UHGV virus genome: UHGV-1376407
DNA: 47,558 nucleotides
Reading direction: 5' to 3' (one strand)
DNA from: a virus
The position numbers and the translations under genes are program-made. Below the pieces are notes generated by a model. That model was not told where the DNA came from, did no database searches, and saw only the letters and a program-made list of their open reading frames with translations. Below are positions 9,688-18,611 of the stretch, piece by piece (position 1 is the first letter of the stretch; every line of letters begins with the position of its first letter).

Positions 9688-12600
9688 TATTCTGTTGCCC
9701 TTCTGGTTGCAGTGGTGTGACTGGTAATCGCGTTTGAAATCGGGCCTCCAGCCTCAATATCTGCCACAATCGTCTCAATTGTAACAGACCCGTCACCATT
9801 ATCTCTTGCGGTTGATGATGTAGTTGCTCCGCTGCTGGTATTGGTTACATTATTATAAATAATGATACCACTGCCTCCGCCGGTCAGGTCTTTGTTGCTG
9901 ATAACCTTACCTGAATCTCCTGGAATCATATACTGCTTGCCTGTGCTGGCCTGGAAGATTTCAGGGAGGTTATTCTCGCCGACCTGATACATTGAGCCAG
10001 CCTGCGCAGGTCCACCATTCTTTAATGCCCCAGCAACAGACATTGCTTTAGCCACGCCAACAGTGGAAGCAATGCCAGCCTGTGCGGGTACTGCGTTAGC
10101 GCCACCCGTAGCAAGTGATGTCATAGCTGCTGCTGGCGCCATAGCCGCTGCTATTCCTGCCGCCTGAGTGGCGGTTGCGGCAGATGCTGCTGCCATCCCT
10201 GCCTGCCCCATAATTACCGATTTAAGCCACTCCACACCCATCTGAACGAAAGAGTTAATAACCGCATTTAACACATTGCTCCCTATTGACTGTAACGCCT
10301 CACTAACAGACATTGAACCAGTCAGGATGCCAGTTAAGGCATTGCTTGCGGTTTGCCCAAAAGCATCAAATGCTGCTGCGGCAGCTTGGGTTGCTGCATT
10401 TTGCTGGCTCCATATTTGCCACTGCGTATTAATCAATTCAGTTTGATACTGAGTATCTGCCGCCTTCATTAAAGCAATAGCATCCGTATGAGCAATCACT
10501 CCCGCCATTTCATATTGCTTTATCAATGCTAGTTTTTTTGTTTGCTCATTAACAAGAGCCTGCACTGGGTTAACCTGACCAGCCGCCTCCATGGCTGGCG
10601 TAACGCTCTCATTAGCCCTAATCTGGGCCATCTTAACCTGGTGCTGCTGCTCTAATTGCTCGCTTATCTGATTGTATTGCTGTTGAGTTATCCTTTTACC
10701 ATCAAGGGCTGTTTTCAGGTCTTTCATATCTTGCTGATATGAGGCATTCTCAGATGTTTCAGGGCTTAACTTCTTGGCAGCCGCTTCGGCTTTCAAAGCA
10801 TTTACATTGTCCCACTTCCTGGCTGCGTACTCACCGGCAAGTTTAATCTCTTCCTGGGTCGCTCCTTTGTTTAGGGATTGCTGGGCGTTAAGTATTGCCT
10901 GCGCCCTTGACATCTCATTTGTTGATTCTGCTGAAAGCTCAGACTCTTGCTTTAATTTTTGAATTTTCTGAGCGTTTGACTCAGCCATCTTTGCTGCTGC
11001 GTTTTGTTCTTTCTTATTCTTCTTGATAGCCTCCGTGTTGGTATATGCAGCTGCAGCCTGGTCCATCATTTTTTTTGTGATGGGGTCATCTTTTGACAAT
11101 CCGGCATCTTCAGCTGCATATTGAGCCGCTAATTTTGCCCTTTCTGCGCCTTGCAATTTAGATAATGCAAGATTCCTTTCAGATTGTTTTACAAGTGACT
11201 TCTGCCCGGCTGTCAGGTTGTCTGTTGATGTTTTTAATAATTCAAAATTAAATGCTGCATTAGATGCGCCTGTTGATAAGTCAACCAGTTTATTATAAAG
11301 CTCAATGAGCTCAGGTTTTGCATTTTTAGAAGAATTTATAATTTCTCCAATGCGAATTACAAGGGTTTGAAGTGCCTGCGGTGACGGGTTGTCACTGAGG
11401 TCAGCAAGTTGCTTGGTAAGGCCAAATGCAGCCTCTTCGGAGACGCCAAGTTTTGAAGCAACAGCCCCAACAGTATTACCTATTGAATCAGCTGTGGCCC
11501 TGAAGGCCATTCCCGCCCCATACGCCTCTTTCATCGCCGTGCTGTAATCGCTTGATGTTATATTTAGCGACTTCAGGCGATCATTAAACCCATCAACAGA
11601 TGCGTATCCGCCACTAAGAGCAGAGATGGCTTTATCTCCGAAGCCAATAAATGAGTCGGCGGCATCACTTATAGCTTTTGGCAGTTTCGCTATAGCAGCA
11701 TTATATTCAATTGCAGCCTGGTTTCTTAATATGGTTGCGGCAGTAGCATTCACGCGAGCCAGGTTTGCGTATTTATCTGAGAGCGCAGCAACACCATTAC
11801 TGGAGACAGTAATAACCTTATCCATCGCATCAGCAGCATCTTTGAGTGACTCCATTGCGCTCTTCCCTCCATTAAGGGAAGCGATGAGAGTTCCGGCAAC
11901 AACTGTCGATAGTGCCAGTACAGCGCCAAATACCGCCCCTGCGGGCCCAAATGCACCAGCCAACTGCGAACCTTGCTGGCTAAATGCCACCAGCGCAGAT
12001 TGCCCCCCCTGAACCTGAACGATAAAGTCCTGTATCTGATAGCCACCCTGCTGCATTATATTTTTAAAGTTACCGGTAGACTTTCCGGCGGCCTCGGTGC
12101 CATTTTTCATGTCGTACAGACGACCGGTAAGCTCAGCTATTTTTGCTTTCTGTGCGTCAGTGGCGCTATCCCCTGCACGAAGCTGCGCAGCCAGTATCGC
12201 CGCACTTCTTGCGCCTTTTTCAGCTTGCTCGTCGAGGATTGCGATCTGGTTTCCAAGACCCTCAATCATCCTGTCAATGCCAGAGATCGAGCCACCTGTT
12301 TCAGTTGACTGAGCGCCAAGTGCACGAATTGCCTGAGTGACCTGATTGACTGAGTTTTGAAGCACAAGGCCGGTTGCGTTCGCGGATACCTGCGCCTGCT
12401 GCATCTGTGCGAGCTGTTGGTTAAGGGCTGCAATAACCTGCTCGGCGCCAGTAACGCTGGAGGTCGTAGCCTCCACTGAACTGGCGGCAGTCTTCGACGA
12501 TGAAGCCATATCCTTCAGCGTTGCATCAATGGAGCTCACAATTTTTGCCAGGGCTGAAAGCTCTTTGCCAGATGATGATGCCGCACCATCAAGCTTATCC

Positions 12601-12731
12601 ATGCTTTTCGATGACGTTTGCGCTGATTTATCAATGCTATTTAATGCATCTTCAGCCTGTTTTGCGCCAGCAGTGAGGCCTGACACCTCCATTCCAACCT
12701 CATAGACAATGCCGCCAACTTCTTCTGCCAT
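9687..12731 (-). CDS. tail tape measure protein
   Basis: 1014 aa, Ala/Gln/Ser-rich, low-complexity coiled coil with Gly-rich C-terminal segment. Canonical position after the chaperone gene. Confidence 0.85.
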   Translation of the reverse strand: MAEEVGGIVYEVGMEVSGLTAGAKQAEDALNSIDKSAQTSSKSMDKLDGAASSSGKELSALAKIVSSIDATLKDMASSSKTAASSVEATTSSVTGAEQVIAALNQQLAQMQQAQVSANATGLVLQNSVNQVTQAIRALGAQSTETGGSISGIDRMIEGLGNQIAILDEQAEKGARSAAILAAQLRAGDSATDAQKAKIAELTGRLYDMKNGTEAAGKSTGNFKNIMQQGGYQIQDFIVQVQGGQSALVAFSQQGSQLAGAFGPAGAVFGAVLALSTVVAGTLIASLNGGKSAMESLKDAADAMDKVITVSSNGVAALSDKYANLARVNATAATILRNQAAIEYNAAIAKLPKAISDAADSFIGFGDKAISALSGGYASVDGFNDRLKSLNITSSDYSTAMKEAYGAGMAFRATADSIGNTVGAVASKLGVSEEAAFGLTKQLADLSDNPSPQALQTLVIRIGEIINSSKNAKPELIELYNKLVDLSTGASNAAFNFELLKTSTDNLTAGQKSLVKQSERNLALSKLQGAERAKLAAQYAAEDAGLSKDDPITKKMMDQAAAAYTNTEAIKKNKKEQNAAAKMAESNAQKIQKLKQESELSAESTNEMSRAQAILNAQQSLNKGATQEEIKLAGEYAARKWDNVNALKAEAAAKKLSPETSENASYQQDMKDLKTALDGKRITQQQYNQISEQLEQQHQVKMAQIRANESVTPAMEAAGQVNPVQALVNEQTKKLALIKQYEMAGVIAHTDAIALMKAADTQYQTELINTQWQIWSQQNAATQAAAAAFDAFGQTASNALTGILTGSMSVSEALQSIGSNVLNAVINSFVQMGVEWLKSVIMGQAGMAAASAATATQAAGIAAAMAPAAAMTSLATGGANAVPAQAGIASTVGVAKAMSVAGALKNGGPAQAGSMYQVGENNLPEIFQASTGKQYMIPGDSGKVISNKDLTGGGSGIIIYNNVTNTSSGATTSSTARDNGDGSVTIETIVADIEAGGPISNAITSHTTATRRATE

Positions 12732-13438
12732 TATTTTGCTCCTTTGCTTTTAGCGGCCTTTCTGGCGGCTTTCTCTTTCAGTTTCTGTTTATTCAGCTTG
12801 GCCCGCTCATAGGACGCATCATACTGCTCGCGCGTCATGCCTTCCGGTTCCGGGTATTTTGATTTTATCATCTGCTGATACTCGGTCATGGTCAGGTCTT
12901 CGGCTTCCTCGCGGGTGATTCCGAAATGGGTGCGAGCTGAGATGATGTAATCCGACATTCTCAATTCACTGGTTGTGCGCTTTTGGTTTTCCGAGCGCTG
13001 AGGAACCTTGAGCGGAGACTTGCCGATGATGCCATGCTCCATCAGGTTGCGAGCAATAATAATAATGTCACTTACTGGCATTCTTCCGGTGACGTACTTC
13101 ACACCGCGCGGAGTCGGATTCCATGACCCAATAAGCACCGAAATATCATCATCGCAACAGGACTGCATAATGAGGCAGGCGGCGCTGAGCACCTTCTTGC
13201 CATAGGCAGGGCGTGACAGGATTTTTGCCACCTGAATCTGCGCGCCATACGGCATTGACTGAATAGCACCGAGTATGGCTGCGTATTCATAGCCATTAAG
13301 CGTAGCGTACAGCTCGACAATCTCTTTCGGTGAGCCAAGCTCATTCATCGCCGCAAATGATGGCTTGAAGAAAAAAGACTTGTCAGCCAGGGAGATGCGC
13401 ATCTCTCCGATTTCTGTTAGCGGTGTGCGTTGTCTCAT
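12731..13438 (-). CDS. putative tail assembly chaperone (G/GT-like)
   Basis: Gene immediately upstream of the tape-measure gene with ATGA overlap. Basic Lys-rich C-terminus. No slippery frameshift site identified. Confidence 0.4.
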   Translation of the reverse strand: MRQRTPLTEIGEMRISLADKSFFFKPSFAAMNELGSPKEIVELYATLNGYEYAAILGAIQSMPYGAQIQVAKILSRPAYGKKVLSAACLIMQSCCDDDISVLIGSWNPTPRGVKYVTGRMPVSDIIIIARNLMEHGIIGKSPLKVPQRSENQKRTTSELRMSDYIISARTHFGITREEAEDLTMTEYQQMIKSKYPEPEGMTREQYDASYERAKLNKQKLKEKAARKAAKSKGAK

Positions 13439-13475
13439 GTCTAAATCCTGTTTTCATAATGACGTAATTATACCA

Positions 13476-13505
13476 TTGACAGGCGTAGCAAGACTGACGT
13501 AGATT
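13476..13505 (+). promoter_or_regulatory. box promoter (TTGACA -35, 18-bp spacer, TAGATT -10; contains TGACGTAGATTGA)
   Basis: TTGACA 13476-81, TAGATT 13500-05. Upstream of the + MTase cassette. Confidence 0.55.
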
Positions 13506-13535
13506 GAAAGCATAAGGTGATTGAGGGTTTAACAT

Positions 13536-13670
13536 ATGAACGAGACTGATGCTGATTTGAGATTTTACACAGACCTTTACATTGACCAGGGTTACACCTA
13601 TGAGGAGGCCCGCGTAAAGGCGATTTTGTTGCTGGCTAAAATTGGCGTAGTGGTGGAGGATAAGAGATGA
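13536..13670 (+). CDS. small hypothetical protein (44 aa), translationally coupled to the MTase gene
   Basis: ATG with GAGGG RBS. Stop overlaps the MTase start as ATGA. Not in the ORF track (<60 aa). Confidence 0.35.
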   Translation: MNETDADLRFYTDLYIDQGYTYEEARVKAILLLAKIGVVVEDKR

Positions 13671-14353
13671 TTATATGGTCACTTTTTGACGGGTCTGGAA
13701 TCATGGTGAAGCCGTGGGCGGACGCGGGCCATAAGTGTTATTGCTTCAATTATGACTCAGCAAACCACGGAAGTTACGAAGAAATTAGAGTTTTGCATAA
13801 AAACATTGAGTACGTTAACTGCTGGATTGATTTATTTTTTGAGAATTATGCTGCAAGCATTGGGCTTGGTGCTCCAGATATTATTTTTGCTTTCCCTGAT
13901 TGCACTGCTATGGCAGGGTCTGGCGCAAAGCATGGTAACAAGTCGCTAGATACCTTGAATCTCGCAAAGATGATTCAGCGTATTGGCAGAGACTATAATG
14001 CCAGGTGGATGATTGAAAACCCTGTAGGAAAACTGTCAACACTTTTCAGAAAGCCAGACCATTATTTTGACCCGTATGAATATGGTGGTTATATGACTGG
14101 AGAGGAGGGCGCTTTTCATCCCCGCATGCCAGCGCGTGATGCTTACACCAAAAGAACATGCCTGTGGGTTGGCGGTGGATTTGTCATGCCAGACAAAAAA
14201 CCAGTTCCTCACATTGGTAAATTTTGGGGGTGGGCATATCTTGGTGGCAAATCTCAAAGGACGAAACAGCTTCGCTCATTGACTCCAAGAGGGTTCGCCA
14301 TAGCTGTGTACGAGGCAAACAAGCCATGGTGGACTCATCATGATTTGAGGTGA
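13667..14353 (+). CDS. DNA methyltransferase-like protein with C5-cytosine MTase motifs I, IV and VI (short, 228 aa)
   Basis: Motif I LFDGSG, motif IV FPDC...AG, motif VI MIENPVG. Own promoter and terminator. Confidence 0.5.
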   Translation: MIIWSLFDGSGIMVKPWADAGHKCYCFNYDSANHGSYEEIRVLHKNIEYVNCWIDLFFENYAASIGLGAPDIIFAFPDCTAMAGSGAKHGNKSLDTLNLAKMIQRIGRDYNARWMIENPVGKLSTLFRKPDHYFDPYEYGGYMTGEEGAFHPRMPARDAYTKRTCLWVGGGFVMPDKKPVPHIGKFWGWAYLGGKSQRTKQLRSLTPRGFAIAVYEANKPWWTHHDLR

Positions 14354-14628
14354 TAAGAATTAATGATGAAAGCCGCTACGCCTGCGAGCAGTATCTTGAT
14401 GCGCTCGTTACCATTGAGATAGCTGCGCGACTCGCAATGCTCGACCGCCGCCAGGTAAATCGCGCAATCAGGTCATGCTGGTCTGCAATCAGGCCGCGAA
14501 TTGATAATAAATTAAACCGGCAGATATTCGATGGCATGGCTAATCAGTTTATGCCGCATGGTGCGCTGTGTATGCTGCGCCGACAGCTAGATACTGCGAT
14601 TAGTGAGGAGGATGATGATGACCATTGA
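14350..14628 (+). CDS. hypothetical protein with acidic C-terminus (EEDDDDH)
   Basis: GTGA overlap with the MTase stop. Followed by a terminator. Confidence 0.45.
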   Translation: MIRINDESRYACEQYLDALVTIEIAARLAMLDRRQVNRAIRSCWSAIRPRIDNKLNRQIFDGMANQFMPHGALCMLRRQLDTAISEEDDDDH

Positions 14629-14662
14629 TGCCATTTCAAGTATCCGCGTGTCTTCACTGCTG

Positions 14663-14695
14663 AAAAAATAAACCCCCTTTCGGGGGTTTTGTTTT
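14663..14695. terminator. bidirectional rho-independent terminator (AACCCCC-TTTC-GGGGGTT with flanking A/T runs)
   Basis: Strong GC hairpin between convergent genes (14628 + end, 14694 - end). Confidence 0.8.
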
Positions 14696-15449
14696 ATGCA
14701 GTAACGGTGACAACGCACTTAGTCGAGTCAACGTAATCCGGGCTGGTCGCCGAATCCATCACGCGGCAGAAGTACGTACCGGCATCACCAGCAGCGGCGG
14801 TTGCCTTGGTGAAAGTATCAGTGGTTGCGCCACTAATCGGGGCGGTGCCTTTGTACCATTGATAGGCATAAGGCTCAACACCACCAGCCGCAGCAACCGG
14901 GCCAAGCGTCAGCGTTCCGCCAGTCGCAACGCTCTTGGTCGCGGCGATATCGGTAGCAATCGTCAGGTCTTCGATGCTGGAAACGTCAACGGTAGAGCCA
15001 TCATACGGCTTGAACTCAACAGAGCCGGTGATGATGTCGTTGGTTCCGCCGTCATAACTCAGCGCAGTGATGTTGCAGTAAGCCACAACAACAGTGTTAC
15101 CGGTGGTCTGGCGAACCCAAACAGACGGCTGACGACGCGCTTTAACTTCGGTGACAAAGTATTTGATGAGGTTATGTACGCCATACTCATCGGCTTTGTC
15201 AGCCTTACGCACCTCGAAGTCGCCTGAAATGGTCAGGTCAGCGGTCGTTACCAGAGTAGCAACGAAGCCATCGCCATCATCAGCCTCTGAGGTGGTGGTG
15301 CTTGGGCTGAAGTCGACGCCTTTTGAGGTCATGGGAGCAAAAAACTTCCAGTCTTCCTCTGCTGGCACAGCATCCCAGCAGCCATCAGCCAGCTCAATGA
15401 GCGACTGGCGACCTGTGATGATGCCGTTATCATTTGCACAAATAGCCAT
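14694..15449 (-). CDS. major tail (tube) protein with C-terminal Ig-like (Big_2-type) domain
   Basis: Position upstream of chaperone/tape-measure genes. C-terminal ~90 aa Ig-like domain (YAYQWYKG...GTYFCRV...CVVTVTA), typical of V-like tail tube proteins. Confidence 0.55.
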   Translation of the reverse strand: MAICANDNGIITGRQSLIELADGCWDAVPAEEDWKFFAPMTSKGVDFSPSTTTSEADDGDGFVATLVTTADLTISGDFEVRKADKADEYGVHNLIKYFVTEVKARRQPSVWVRQTTGNTVVVAYCNITALSYDGGTNDIITGSVEFKPYDGSTVDVSSIEDLTIATDIAATKSVATGGTLTLGPVAAAGGVEPYAYQWYKGTAPISGATTDTFTKATAAAGDAGTYFCRVMDSATSPDYVDSTKCVVTVTA

Positions 15450-15494
15450 GTTTAGAATCCTCTGTGTTTAGCTAAACAATCGCATTATATCATG

Positions 15495-15523
15495 TTGACA
15501 GGTTTTGATTGGTGATGTAGATT
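15495..15523 (+). promoter_or_regulatory. box promoter (TTGACA -35, 17-bp spacer, TAGATT -10; TGATGTAGATTTTGA)
   Basis: Exact consensus spacing, upstream of the homing-endonuclease-like gene. Confidence 0.55.
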
Positions 15524-15609
15524 TTGAGTGTGCAGCTAGTACGGCCAGACGAAAAGCGATTGGTTATCGCCTGCTGCATCACTTCAAACCACCTTTAACC
15601 GAGGACTCA

Positions 15610-16491
15610 ATGATGCGCAAGCTAACTACCGAAGAGTTTATTGCCAAAGCTAAAGCGGTTCATGGCGATAAGTATGATTACTCAGTAGCCATATATGTAA
15701 GCGCTCACACCAAAATATCTTTAATATGCAAATCTCATGGTAAATTTCTCCAGACCCCAAACAGTCACCTAAGCGGATGTGGCTGCCCAGCGTGCGCCAA
15801 AAAGCAAAGGCCAATATCAAATCTAATGGGTGTTAATGAGTTCGTTATGGAATCAAGAAAAATACATGGTGATAGATATGATTATTCAGAAGTTAAATAT
15901 AAGAAATCAATAGATAAAGTAAAGATAAGGTGCATGCTACACGGACATTTTTATCAGTCACCAAACAACCACTTGGCAGGTCATGGATGCCCAGAGTGTT
16001 CAAGGAACAAAAAAAGAAACTCACTAGAGTTCATAAAAAAGGCGCATGAAGTTCACGGGGCCGACAAATACATTTACAGTCTTGTCGACTATAAAAACGC
16101 AAACACAAAAGTTTTGATAATTTGCAACAATCATGGGGTCTTTGAGCAGACACCAATCAAACATACCCTTGGTGGAGGATGTCCTGGTTGCGCAAAGTAT
16201 GGATTCGATGAGTCAAAGGTTGGCTTTGTCTACTTCCTGATTAGCGAGTTTGGGATAAAGGTTGGGATATCAAACAACCCATCCCAGCGGCTACAAAAAC
16301 TCAAATCAGCAACCCCGTTCGATTTTCATCTTATCGCAAAAGTAAAAACTACTGGCGACGAGGCCATGCGCAAGGAAAAATATTATCATCACAAATATGA
16401 ATCCGCCTCTCTTACTGGATTTGACGGCGCTACCGAGTGGTTGCGATTCTGTCCAGAATTGATGAATGAGATCATGAATGAGAAGAATTAA
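15610..16491 (+). CDS. free-standing homing-endonuclease-like protein: three tandem ~65-aa zinc-ribbon repeats plus C-terminal T5orf172/GIY-YIG-like domain
   Basis: Three repeats of the pattern EFI.KA..VHGDKYDYS...HG.F.Q.P..HL.G.GCP.C. C-terminal VGFVYFLISEFGIKVGISNNPSQRLQKL matches the T5orf172 signature. AT-rich island on the opposite strand of the structural genes. Start set at ATG 15610 (RBS AGGA). Confidence 0.55.
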   Translation: MMRKLTTEEFIAKAKAVHGDKYDYSVAIYVSAHTKISLICKSHGKFLQTPNSHLSGCGCPACAKKQRPISNLMGVNEFVMESRKIHGDRYDYSEVKYKKSIDKVKIRCMLHGHFYQSPNNHLAGHGCPECSRNKKRNSLEFIKKAHEVHGADKYIYSLVDYKNANTKVLIICNNHGVFEQTPIKHTLGGGCPGCAKYGFDESKVGFVYFLISEFGIKVGISNNPSQRLQKLKSATPFDFHLIAKVKTTGDEAMRKEKYYHHKYESASLTGFDGATEWLRFCPELMNEIMNEKN

Positions 16492-16865
16492 CCCCATACC
16501 ACTCTCAGAAGCAACTCATGAATTGGCCTTCCTTCCTCGCTCAGCATCGGCCTACCGAGAGGAGCCTGCATCTGAACATAGTTCAAACAGCTATCAAGCG
16601 GGGTTGATTTAACATACTCAATTATCTCATTAGCCTTTGCATCAACATCGGAAACATTGTATGCCCCGCGCTTTCCAATGACATAGACTGAAAAGTAATA
16701 ATCCGATCCTAAATTGTCACGAACCTGAGTACCTCCATTTGACTGAATGACAATGAATTGCTCATCCCCATTCCCTGTATCATGCCAAAATTGCATCTGC
16801 GTAGTCCAATCATTCAGCAACCCAGCATCAGTCAAATAATCATAAACCCTCTCAAGCATATTCAT
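16488..16865 (-). CDS. putative tail terminator/completion protein (head-tail connector module)
   Basis: Small coupled gene in a block of five between the head and major tail genes. Confidence 0.35.
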   Translation of the reverse strand: MNMLERVYDYLTDAGLLNDWTTQMQFWHDTGNGDEQFIVIQSNGGTQVRDNLGSDYYFSVYVIGKRGAYNVSDVDAKANEIIEYVKSTPLDSCLNYVQMQAPLGRPMLSEEGRPIHELLLRVVWG

Positions 16866-17275
16866 ATTTTCATCTCTTTTTTAATTACCTGATCGACAAG
16901 TTCGCGTGTGTTTTCGCCAGCCTTGAGAAGGAATTTAGGCTCGCCGCTCTTATCCCACACGTTACCCTTTCCTTTGAGTCGTCCTGTGCGCGGCGTGTTC
17001 GTACCCAGCAGCGTGCCAGGTGCATTATGGACATACAGGGCGTAATTGGCAGCATACCCAATCTTGCCGGTTATGCGAGTGCCATTAACCTCAACGGTGT
17101 CAAACTGGCTGTTTATCAGCGCCGATGTAGCTACTGGAGTCATAGACGCCGATTCAGTCCTGATGATGTAGGTAGCGGCTTTTATTGCTGACACCGCTTT
17201 CTCACCAGTAATCTCGCCGACTATCTGCTGAGTGCGCTTAATAGCCTGCTGGATACCTCTCATTTTGGCGGCCAT
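16862..17275 (-). CDS. putative tail component (HK97 gp10-like)
   Basis: Size and position in the connector block; coupled to neighbours. Confidence 0.35.
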   Translation of the reverse strand: MAAKMRGIQQAIKRTQQIVGEITGEKAVSAIKAATYIIRTESASMTPVATSALINSQFDTVEVNGTRITGKIGYAANYALYVHNAPGTLLGTNTPRTGRLKGKGNVWDKSGEPKFLLKAGENTRELVDQVIKKEMKI

Positions 17276-17278
17276 ACA

Positions 17279-17623
17279 TTACCCCGTTACCAGCGCAAAA
17301 TCAGGCAGGTCGTTGCGGTCCAGCGTATTGCCGTAATTCACGACGTTTCTAATCTGGTCAGCTCCGGCGGCCAGCGGGTCAGCACTGGTAATGGTGCCAA
17401 GCATGATGAAGTCGCCAACAGACGCATCCTGATATTCCGTCCAGAATGTGTTTTTCTGTGCGATCTCATTGCCAGCTGTGCCGGTGGTCAGGTTCTTATC
17501 GAAGCCATAATCACACATGATGGACTCTGGCGCGGCGAATGTTGGCTTGCCATACTTATCCTTGCCAGTAAGCCGCCAGATTGTGCATGGCTGCGTATAG
17601 CTCCATCTCGCTATTGCTGACAT
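17279..17623 (-). CDS. putative head closure / head-tail adaptor protein
   Basis: Position in the connector block. Confidence 0.35.
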   Translation of the reverse strand: MSAIARWSYTQPCTIWRLTGKDKYGKPTFAAPESIMCDYGFDKNLTTGTAGNEIAQKNTFWTEYQDASVGDFIMLGTITSADPLAAGADQIRNVVNYGNTLDRNDLPDFALVTG

Positions 17624-17741
17624 GGTGCGGCCTCAAGAATATAAACCCAGCGCGGAACAGGAAGGCGCAGCAATACCAGAATAACCAGCAGCGGCATGCA
17701 CCATTTACGGATTGCGATATTTACAGTTAATGTTGACGTTT

Positions 17742-18134
17742 TCATCTGCACTTACTCCCGGTCACAACCCGAAACCACGGCTTTGCTGCCCCATCAGGCT
17801 CTTCCACAAGGTCGCCTGTGCAGTCTGCCGTGTCGAGTAGTTTCATCTGATTGTAAAGGGCCATCCACGGCTTGCTGCCATAGCCAAATGACTGCGACGC
17901 ACCAGATGGCGCCCGGTGGCTGGTGATGTATCTCCCTGCGGTATTTGAGGCAATCAGGATAGATGCCCATAGCAGAATTGCATCCTGCCTGCATGTGTCT
18001 TCAGGGTAATTAAGCTCAAGACACTCTGTGATGCTCGCCACCAGGCACAGGATGCCCATTGCGTCTGCCGTGGTGATGGTTACGCCTCTTGACGCCATGG
18101 CGGCGACGAGTTCACTTGCTGTCGGTGCTGCCAT
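17742..18134 (-). CDS. putative head-tail connector protein (start moved to internal ATG with GGGAGAG RBS)
   Basis: ORF track gives 17742..18203. The internal Met at 18134 has a strong RBS and removes most of the overlap. Confidence 0.35.
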   Translation of the reverse strand: MAAPTASELVAAMASRGVTITTADAMGILCLVASITECLELNYPEDTCRQDAILLWASILIASNTAGRYITSHRAPSGASQSFGYGSKPWMALYNQMKLLDTADCTGDLVEEPDGAAKPWFRVVTGSKCR

Positions 18135-18399
18135 TCTTTTTGCTCTCCCGAATCTTCCACCACATCTCGAAAAGGTTTTTTGCCACCAGTGACAGCGCGC
18201 CAAGTATAGAGGCCACCGCTGCCCACTCGGTAATCGAATGGGGGATCATTGAGGCAATGTATGATTGTGCGACCGGCGTCTGCTCTGCCACCTTCAGGCC
18301 AAGTCCCGTGCCGATGGATGTATAACCGGCTTTGTCGATTACCTGGCCGACAGTGCCACTAATTATCTGGTTTGCGGCGTGCTGAAGCGCGTCTCTCAT
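18112..18399 (-). CDS. hypothetical protein with C-terminal transmembrane helix
   Basis: ORF with hydrophobic segment AAVASILGALSLVAKNLF followed by charged tail. Confidence 0.35.
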   Translation of the reverse strand: MRDALQHAANQIISGTVGQVIDKAGYTSIGTGLGLKVAEQTPVAQSYIASMIPHSITEWAAVASILGALSLVAKNLFEMWWKIRESKKNGSTDSK

Positions 18400-18560
18400 T
18401 AATTATTCTCCGAATGATGAACTTCCAGCATCTGTACACCTGAACCAGCGAAAACGCTATGACGATAACGCCGATTGCTATATCCAATTTCGCCGCCTTA
18501 CGTTTTTCAGGACGGAACAGCGCGGGGTGAGTGTTGTTGGTTTAATTTTATCATAAAGTG

Positions 18561-18589
18561 TTGACGTAGATTGAGGGTGTAGCTATAGT
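18561..18589 (+). promoter_or_regulatory. box promoter (TTGACG -35, 17-bp spacer, TATAGT -10), followed by a second TGACGTAGAAAC box
   Basis: TTGACGTAGATTGAGGGTGTAGCTATAGT. Heads the 8-gene + accessory operon. Confidence 0.6.
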
Positions 18590-18611
18590 GATGACGTAGA
18601 AACAACAATAA

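Noticed and set aside
9458-9799. Track ORF 9458..9799 (-) overlapping the M-like and tape-measure junction
   Set aside because: It is out of frame with two well-supported coupled genes, and its composition is Cys/Gln-rich.
10774-12340. Several + strand ORFs (10774..10962, 11626..12012, 11973..12308, 12097..12312, 12143..12340) and - strand 11750..12046 inside the tape-measure gene
   Set aside because: They lie antisense or out of frame within a long, well-supported tape-measure ORF. Their Ala/Ser/Leu/Arg-rich translations are typical of shadow frames of an Ala/Gln-rich coding region. No RBS.

Other long antisense shadow ORFs rejected on the same grounds, given as ORF versus the gene it shadows:
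- 22910..23959 (+) opposite the capsid gene
- 33809..34510 (+) opposite the portal gene
- 24190..24559 (+/-) opposite the decoration gene
- 32424..32912 (-) inside the MuF-like gene
- 46202..46760 (-) inside the helicase gene
- 14859..15471 (+) inside the major tail protein gene
- 19043..19534 (-) inside the first ParB-like gene
- 31041..31517 (+), 31163..31498 (-) and 31224..31487 (-) opposite the 302-aa gene
12731-13438. Search for a lambda-like G/GT -1 programmed frameshift in the tail chaperone gene
   Set aside because: The only overlapping alternative ORF (13099..13344) is in the +1 frame relative to the chaperone ORF and does not extend past it. No canonical slippery heptamer (XXXYYYZ) with a downstream extension was seen. 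A single 235-aa product is assumed.
18400-18526. Possible TTG-initiated 42-aa TM peptide upstream of and overlapping the 95-aa gene (- strand)
   Set aside because: It needs a TTG start and overlaps the next gene's start in another frame. It is only weakly supported by an AAGG RBS, so it is left out of the feature list.
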